Position numbers and translations under genes: made by a program
Origin: Spirochaetia bacterium
GTDB lineage: Bacteria; Spirochaetota; Spirochaetia; UBA9216
Assembly (NCBI GenBank): GCA_963675665.1
Contig: OY776510.1
Coordinates: 2,176,001 to 2,240,000 of the forward strand
Length of the DNA: 64,000 bases
Direction of reading: 5' to 3'
In this document: positions 59,055 through 64,000 of the stretch, piece by piece
Numbering within the stretch: the first letter of the stretch is position 1
Layout of the letters: each line of letters starts with the position of its first letter
The notes under the pieces: model-generated
Seen by the model: only the letters and a program-made list of their open reading frames with translations
What the model was told of the DNA's origin: nothing
Databases searched by the model: none

Positions 59055-60428
59055 TCAATCCACCCTGGCATGAATCCATCTGCCGGATTTATTTCCGAGA
59101 TGCAGAAGTATCGAGTGAAACAGCTGGTAAAGACCGAAGCCGAGCCATGCCATATTCACGCCCATTCCAAGAATGCGGGTTGATATAAATGTGAAGCCGA
59201 GAATGAAAACCACATTTGTTGTGAACTCGGAAAACAGGACGAATTTTCCCCATCCGTTTCCGGTGAAAACCATCTCAAAGGTAAAGCCCAGGATCTCAAA
59301 AAAGAAGAAGGCTGCAAAAAAGCGTAGCGCAATGGTTGCTGCTTCGAATGTCGGGCCCGGAGATGTAAAAATGGCGGCGACGCGGTTCGGGAAAAAGAAT
59401 ACCAGCACGAAAACAGCAAACCCGATTGCGGCGCCTGTAATATATCCTGCCCGCATGACGCTTTTGGCGGCGTTCCTGTCGCCGGCACCAAGTTCATTTC
59501 CTATAAGAATTGCAGCGCCGTGTGAAAATCCGCCGACAATTGTTTTATTGATTCTGTAAAACGACAGTACGATATGGGTAGCCGCAAGATATACCGCCCC
59601 GATATTTTCCACCATTGCTTCATAGAACAGCATGATCAGCATTGCAAGAATGTTCTGAACTGCGGGCGGAACGGCAATCCTGACAATGTTTTTCAGTAGT
59701 GCACCGTTAAATTTCCGGAAACGATAAAACCGGTACCTATTAATATATTCTTTTTTCAGGGTTATGCTTAGTATATAAATCATACCGATCCAAATCGACA
59801 GCAAAGAACCGATTGCGGCGCCTCTGATTCCCATTTGAGGCAGGCCCAGTTTACCGTAGATAAAAATATAGTTCAGCAGAATATTAATGCCGTTGGACAG
59901 AAAACTTGTTATCATTGAATAACGCGGTTTATGAATGGAACTGAAAAAGCGCATTATGATCTGCTGAATGCCGAAAGGAAAGAAAGACCACCGAAGAATT
60001 CTGATATAACCAAGGCCGAGATTAATGATGCCTTCATCATCAAGGATAAGATTAAACAGGGGTTTTGCCAGAAAAGAAAGTGTAAACGCAACACCGGCGA
60101 ATAACAGCGAAACAATAATGCCGTGATCCATTACAGTGCCGATATTTTCAGGTTTTGCTGTTTCGCCGCCGGAGCCAAGCCTGCGTGAAACAATCGCCTG
60201 AACCCCGTTTGAGAGCGGCCATAAAAAGGTATTCAGAACCCAAATAAACATTCCGGCGACAGCCAGCGCCCCAAGCTCCAGACTGTTTTCTCCCAAATGA
60301 CCCAGCATTATTGAGTCTGCAACCTGATGCGAATAATGTGAAAGGCGTCCGGCCAGAAGCGGTGTGCCTAATATGAAAACACGTTTAAGGTTATGTCTGA
60401 GTTGGTATTCGCTTCTCGTTTTTATCAT
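59055..60428 (-). CDS. MATE-family efflux transporter
   Basis: DSIMLGHLG, NILLNYIFIYGKLGLPQMGIRGAA, IGNELGAG; about 12 TM helices. Confidence 0.9.
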   Translation of the reverse strand: MIKTRSEYQLRHNLKRVFILGTPLLAGRLSHYSHQVADSIMLGHLGENSLELGALAVAGMFIWVLNTFLWPLSNGVQAIVSRRLGSGGETAKPENIGTVMDHGIIVSLLFAGVAFTLSFLAKPLFNLILDDEGIINLGLGYIRILRWSFFPFGIQQIIMRFFSSIHKPRYSMITSFLSNGINILLNYIFIYGKLGLPQMGIRGAAIGSLLSIWIGMIYILSITLKKEYINRYRFYRFRKFNGALLKNIVRIAVPPAVQNILAMLIMLFYEAMVENIGAVYLAATHIVLSFYRINKTIVGGFSHGAAILIGNELGAGDRNAAKSVMRAGYITGAAIGFAVFVLVFFFPNRVAAIFTSPGPTFEAATIALRFFAAFFFFEILGFTFEMVFTGNGWGKFVLFSEFTTNVVFILGFTFISTRILGMGVNMAWLGFGLYQLFHSILLHLGNKSGRWIHARVD

Positions 60429-60473
60429 TCGGCTATAATATTTAAATTCAGCATAACGGTCAACGGCAGAATT

Positions 60474-61718
60474 TTATTCTGAATCAAGTATTGCCCGTCT
60501 TAAAAGATTAAAGGCTGCGGCGGTGGAGCGCTGAATATTCATTGCCCGGTCTCTTCCGAATGTGAATTTTCTTTTCACAAGAAAGCCGGGACCTGCAGCA
60601 GCTATCCATACCGTGCCGACGGGTTTCTCTGCGGTCCCGCCGTCCGGTCCGGCAATTCCGGATGTAGCCAGGGCATAATCGGCGTTGAAAACCTTTAAGG
60701 CCCCGATAGCCATCTGTTCGACGGTTTCTCCGCTGACAGCACCGTAAGTCTCCAAAATCTCATGTTTTACACCGAGCAGTTTTTCCTTTGCTTCGTTTGA
60801 ATATGCCACTATTCCGCCTTTAAACCAGGCCGAACAACCGGGTATTGCTGTTATCCGCTGTGCGGCCGTTCCCCCGGTGCAGCTTTCAGCGGTAACCAGA
60901 TGCCCGGCCCGTTCAGAAATCATTTTCCCCGTAACTGATTCTATCGATTCATTATCGAAACCGTAGATATAATCTCCTGCAATATCATGAAGTGTTTCAA
61001 TTTCCTTCCGTAGTAAAGATTCCAGGGCGGTTTTATCAGCACCGCTGATACCAAGCCTGAGCCGGATCTGTCCAGGTGAGGGCAGGTAGGCTACGCTGAT
61101 TCTGCTGTCAATCGAATTTTCCCAGTCGGCAAGCCTTGAGGCAAGATGCGCTTCCGTTATTCCGGTAAACATGACGGTTTTATATATTATTTCCGGGAGT
61201 TTGAAAAAATCAGAAAGCCCGGTTTTTATATAGTCGGCGAATATTCCCTTCATTTCGCGCGGCACCCCAGGCAGGCTTATCACGATGTTTCCGTCCTTTT
61301 CAAACCACATTCCGGCGGCTGTGCCGTGATGGTTTCTGAGAATTTTGGCAGTTTCCGGCTGCATGGCCTGTTTGCGATCTATGTTTCTCATGGAAGAGCC
61401 TATTCCGCTGATAAATGTTTCAACATCTGCATAAACCTGCTCTGAAAAAACAAGCCTTGTATTAAAATAACCGGACAGAACCTTTTTTGTGATATCATCA
61501 TTTGTAGGACCAAGTCCGCCGGTTATTATGATAAGGTTGTTTTCCGGTAAAAATCGATCAAGGGCATTCCGAATTTCCTCTTCTGAGTCGGAGATTGATA
61601 TATGGCTGCGGATTGAGAAACCGATGGCTGTAAGTTCCGAGGCAAGCCATGCGGAGTTCGTGTTTATAACCTGTCCTATCAGCAGTTCGTCGCCTATTGT
61701 AATAATTGTTGCATTCAT
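60474..61718 (-). CDS. cinA: CinA-like competence/damage-inducible protein (MoCF + PncC NMN deamidase)
   Basis: IGDELLIGQVINTN, TGGLGPTNDDIT, LPGVPREM, AESCTGG, SGIAGPDGG..EKPVG. Confidence 0.93.
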   Translation of the reverse strand: MNATIITIGDELLIGQVINTNSAWLASELTAIGFSIRSHISISDSEEEIRNALDRFLPENNLIIITGGLGPTNDDITKKVLSGYFNTRLVFSEQVYADVETFISGIGSSMRNIDRKQAMQPETAKILRNHHGTAAGMWFEKDGNIVISLPGVPREMKGIFADYIKTGLSDFFKLPEIIYKTVMFTGITEAHLASRLADWENSIDSRISVAYLPSPGQIRLRLGISGADKTALESLLRKEIETLHDIAGDYIYGFDNESIESVTGKMISERAGHLVTAESCTGGTAAQRITAIPGCSAWFKGGIVAYSNEAKEKLLGVKHEILETYGAVSGETVEQMAIGALKVFNADYALATSGIAGPDGGTAEKPVGTVWIAAAGPGFLVKRKFTFGRDRAMNIQRSTAAAFNLLRRAILDSE

Positions 61719-61814
61719 GGATTCAGTATATCCTATTTGAAAAATCTTGCTAAGCCGGGGAATAATGTTGATTATAGGGTTGCCGATGTTTTATAATTAA
61801 TTCAAGGATAAACG

Positions 61815-63215
61815 ATGCATGATAAAAATCAGGATGCAGAGCATTCCAAAAAAGCGATTGAAATAAGCCCCGAACATTTCGCAAGGGTTCAGAGAATAAC
61901 CAGGATGGGGTCGTGGCGGCTCTACCTTGATACGGGCATGATAGAAGCAACCGCGGAAGGATGCAGGGTATACGGGATTGCCGAAGAGTTATTTTCCTTT
62001 TCAGAAATAAAGAAAATTCCTCTTCCGGAATACAGGGAAATGCTTGATCGTGCAATGGAGAATTTGCTGCAAGGTACGGCAGAATATGATGTTGAGTTCC
62101 GGATTAAACGGGCTGACGATGGTAAAATGCGTTATATCCACTCCGTAGCAGAATTTGATTCCGAAAAAAGGATAGTAACCGGAACAATACACGATATTAC
62201 CAGGCGAAAGGAAATTGAACTGGCCCTGAGCGATAAGGAGGCGAGATATCGCAGCCTCTTTGATAATTCAGTTTCGGGGCTTGTCTATGTTGATACGGAC
62301 GGAAGAATCCTTGAAATAAACCGAAAAATGCTTCAGCTGTTAGGTTCGCCGTCAATAGAAGAAACAAAGAAACTGAATATGCTGACATTCCCGCTTCTGA
62401 TAAAAGTGGGATTTTCCGCGGATCTGGAAAAGGTTATTAAAACCGGGAAAAGTCTTTCAAATTCAACAAATTATGTAAGTAAATGGGATACGACACATTT
62501 TCTGGAATACGATATTATCCCAATAAAGGATGAAGACGTTCTTCACGGTATTATGGTGAAGATCGAGGACATTACCCTGAAGAAACAGGCTGAAACAAGG
62601 ATAGAATCCCTGCTTAAAGAAAAGGACATTATTCTCAGAGAGGTCCATCACCGGATAAAGAACAATATGAATTCAATGGAGGGTCTGTTAAAGCTGCAGA
62701 TAGAAAACTCGCCGGATGATAACGTCAGAAAGGAACTGAAAGATGCTGTGGCCAGGCTCAGCAGCATGCGGATTCTTTATGAGAAATTATATCAGTCCGA
62801 AGACTTTATGGGAACTTCTTCCGAAGAATATCTTTCGAAACTTATAGATGATATTGCCGGTGTTTTTCCCGAAAGTGAGAATATTACAATCATAAAGCAT
62901 ATAGAGGATTTTATGATGCCCCCTGAAATAACATTTGCATTGGGAATTATAATAAATGAAATTCTTACAAATGCTCTTAAATATGCTTTTAATGTTGAAG
63001 GCGGAAATAAAGTAATTCTTGTCTCGGCAAACAAGAAAGACAATTCGGTAAATATTATGGTAAGGGACAACGGTGCAGGTTTTCCGGAGCCCGGAGAGAA
63101 ACCGCAGAGAGGATTCGGCCTTCAGCTTATCAGAATGCTTGCTGAACAGATCGGCGGAAAAGCAGAATTCCAGAATGACGGCGGTGCAGTTGTTTCAATA
63201 AAATTCGATATATGA
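61815..63215 (+). CDS. Cytoplasmic PAS-PAS HisKA_2 histidine kinase
   Basis: Two PAS domains (MGSW...GTIHDIT; YRSLFDN...EDIT); EVHHRIKNNM, NEILTNALKYAF, DNGAG, GFGL. Confidence 0.88.
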   Translation: MHDKNQDAEHSKKAIEISPEHFARVQRITRMGSWRLYLDTGMIEATAEGCRVYGIAEELFSFSEIKKIPLPEYREMLDRAMENLLQGTAEYDVEFRIKRADDGKMRYIHSVAEFDSEKRIVTGTIHDITRRKEIELALSDKEARYRSLFDNSVSGLVYVDTDGRILEINRKMLQLLGSPSIEETKKLNMLTFPLLIKVGFSADLEKVIKTGKSLSNSTNYVSKWDTTHFLEYDIIPIKDEDVLHGIMVKIEDITLKKQAETRIESLLKEKDIILREVHHRIKNNMNSMEGLLKLQIENSPDDNVRKELKDAVARLSSMRILYEKLYQSEDFMGTSSEEYLSKLIDDIAGVFPESENITIIKHIEDFMMPPEITFALGIIINEILTNALKYAFNVEGGNKVILVSANKKDNSVNIMVRDNGAGFPEPGEKPQRGFGLQLIRMLAEQIGGKAEFQNDGGAVVSIKFDI

Positions 63216-63251
63216 TCCTGTCCTAATCCAAACCGCCGGCAATCCTTCAGG

Positions 63252-64000
63252 CTAATCGCCGTCGAGCATATTCCCAAGGGCTCCCAGGATACTCCCTTCT
63301 CCCTGCCGTCGGCCGCCCTGTGCAGTGCCTATCTGCTTCATTATTCGGTCGGCAAGGCGTGCGAACGGCATACTCTGAAGCATTACAGTCCCTGTCCCTC
63401 GAAGTGTTGCAAGGAACAATCCTTCGCCTCCGAAAACCATTGATTTAAGATTTCCCGCCTGCTCGATGTTGTAATCGAGTTCGGGCGAAAAAGCCACAAT
63501 ACAGCCGGTATCAATTCTCAGTGTTTCGTTTCGAAGCTCTTTTTTTATAACAGTCCCGCCGGCATGAACAAATGCCAGCCCATTGCCGCGCAGTCTCTGA
63601 AGAATAAACCCCTCGCCGCCGAACAGGCCGGTACCGAAGCGTCTGTTGAATGCGATAGTGACTTCCGTACCGAGAGCGGCGCACAGGAACGCATCCTTTT
63701 GGCAGAGCAGATCTCCGCCGACGGATTTTAAATCAACGGGAATGATCTTGCCGGGGTAAGGCGCTGCAAAAGCTACCCTGCGTTTTCCGGCAGAACTGCT
63801 GTTTCTGAAATGGGTCATGAAGATTGATTCTCCGGTAAGCGCCCTTTTGCCTGCGCCGAGAAGTTTTCCCATTATTCCTGAATCGGCTTCAGTGCCGTCG
63901 CCCATCCTTGCCTCGAATGTTATTCCGTCTTCCATGTAATTCATTGCTCCGGCTTCGGCGATTACAACCTCGCCCGGATCAAGTTCTATTTCCACAATCT
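63252..64000 (-). CDS. TIGR00266/AIM24-family protein (5' end beyond window)
   Basis: [58 protein letters not shown]. Confidence 0.9.
   Translation of the reverse strand, partial: IVEIELDPGEVVIAEAGAMNYMEDGITFEARMGDGTEADSGIMGKLLGAGKRALTGESIFMTHFRNSSSAGKRRVAFAAPYPGKIIPVDLKSVGGDLLCQKDAFLCAALGTEVTIAFNRRFGTGLFGGEGFILQRLRGNGLAFVHAGGTVIKKELRNETLRIDTGCIVAFSPELDYNIEQAGNLKSMVFGGEGLFLATLRGTGTVMLQSMPFARLADRIMKQIGTAQGGRRQGEGSILGALGNMLDGD

Overview
Chromosomal window from a probable free-living spirochaete (Spirochaetaceae-like; inferred from 'AGGxQEA' solute-binding-protein leaders, HisKA_2 kinases and an orphan Dam). It is dense with metabolic genes. I found no rRNA, tRNA, CRISPR array, prophage or transposase. 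Contents in order: ferritin; a GntR-controlled nucleoside phosphorylase/ABC operon; an ABC-2 exporter; a module of EAL protein, MalT-like regulator, ATC-hydrolase-like protein and MCP; gluconokinase; an UNANNOTATED HesB/IscA-like selenoprotein gene (in-frame TGA plus SECIS-like hairpin, 15873-16163) missed by the ORF track; an orphan Dam methylase; a ~21 kb rare-ketose/polyol catabolic locus with a near-identical duplicated binding-protein gene; an acetoin/2-oxoacid dehydrogenase operon with a SorC-type regulator; an AT-rich operon (ATC hydrolase, M20 amidohydrolase, cysteine desulfidase, BenE-type transporter) that could be a complete thiazoline-to-cysteine-to-H2S pathway; peptidases; a Re-citrate synthase with a C-terminal sensor-like domain; two PAS/HisKA_2 kinases; MATE; CinA; and a TIGR00266 protein. 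Several genes look leaderless. All family assignments come from motif recognition by eye, not database searches.
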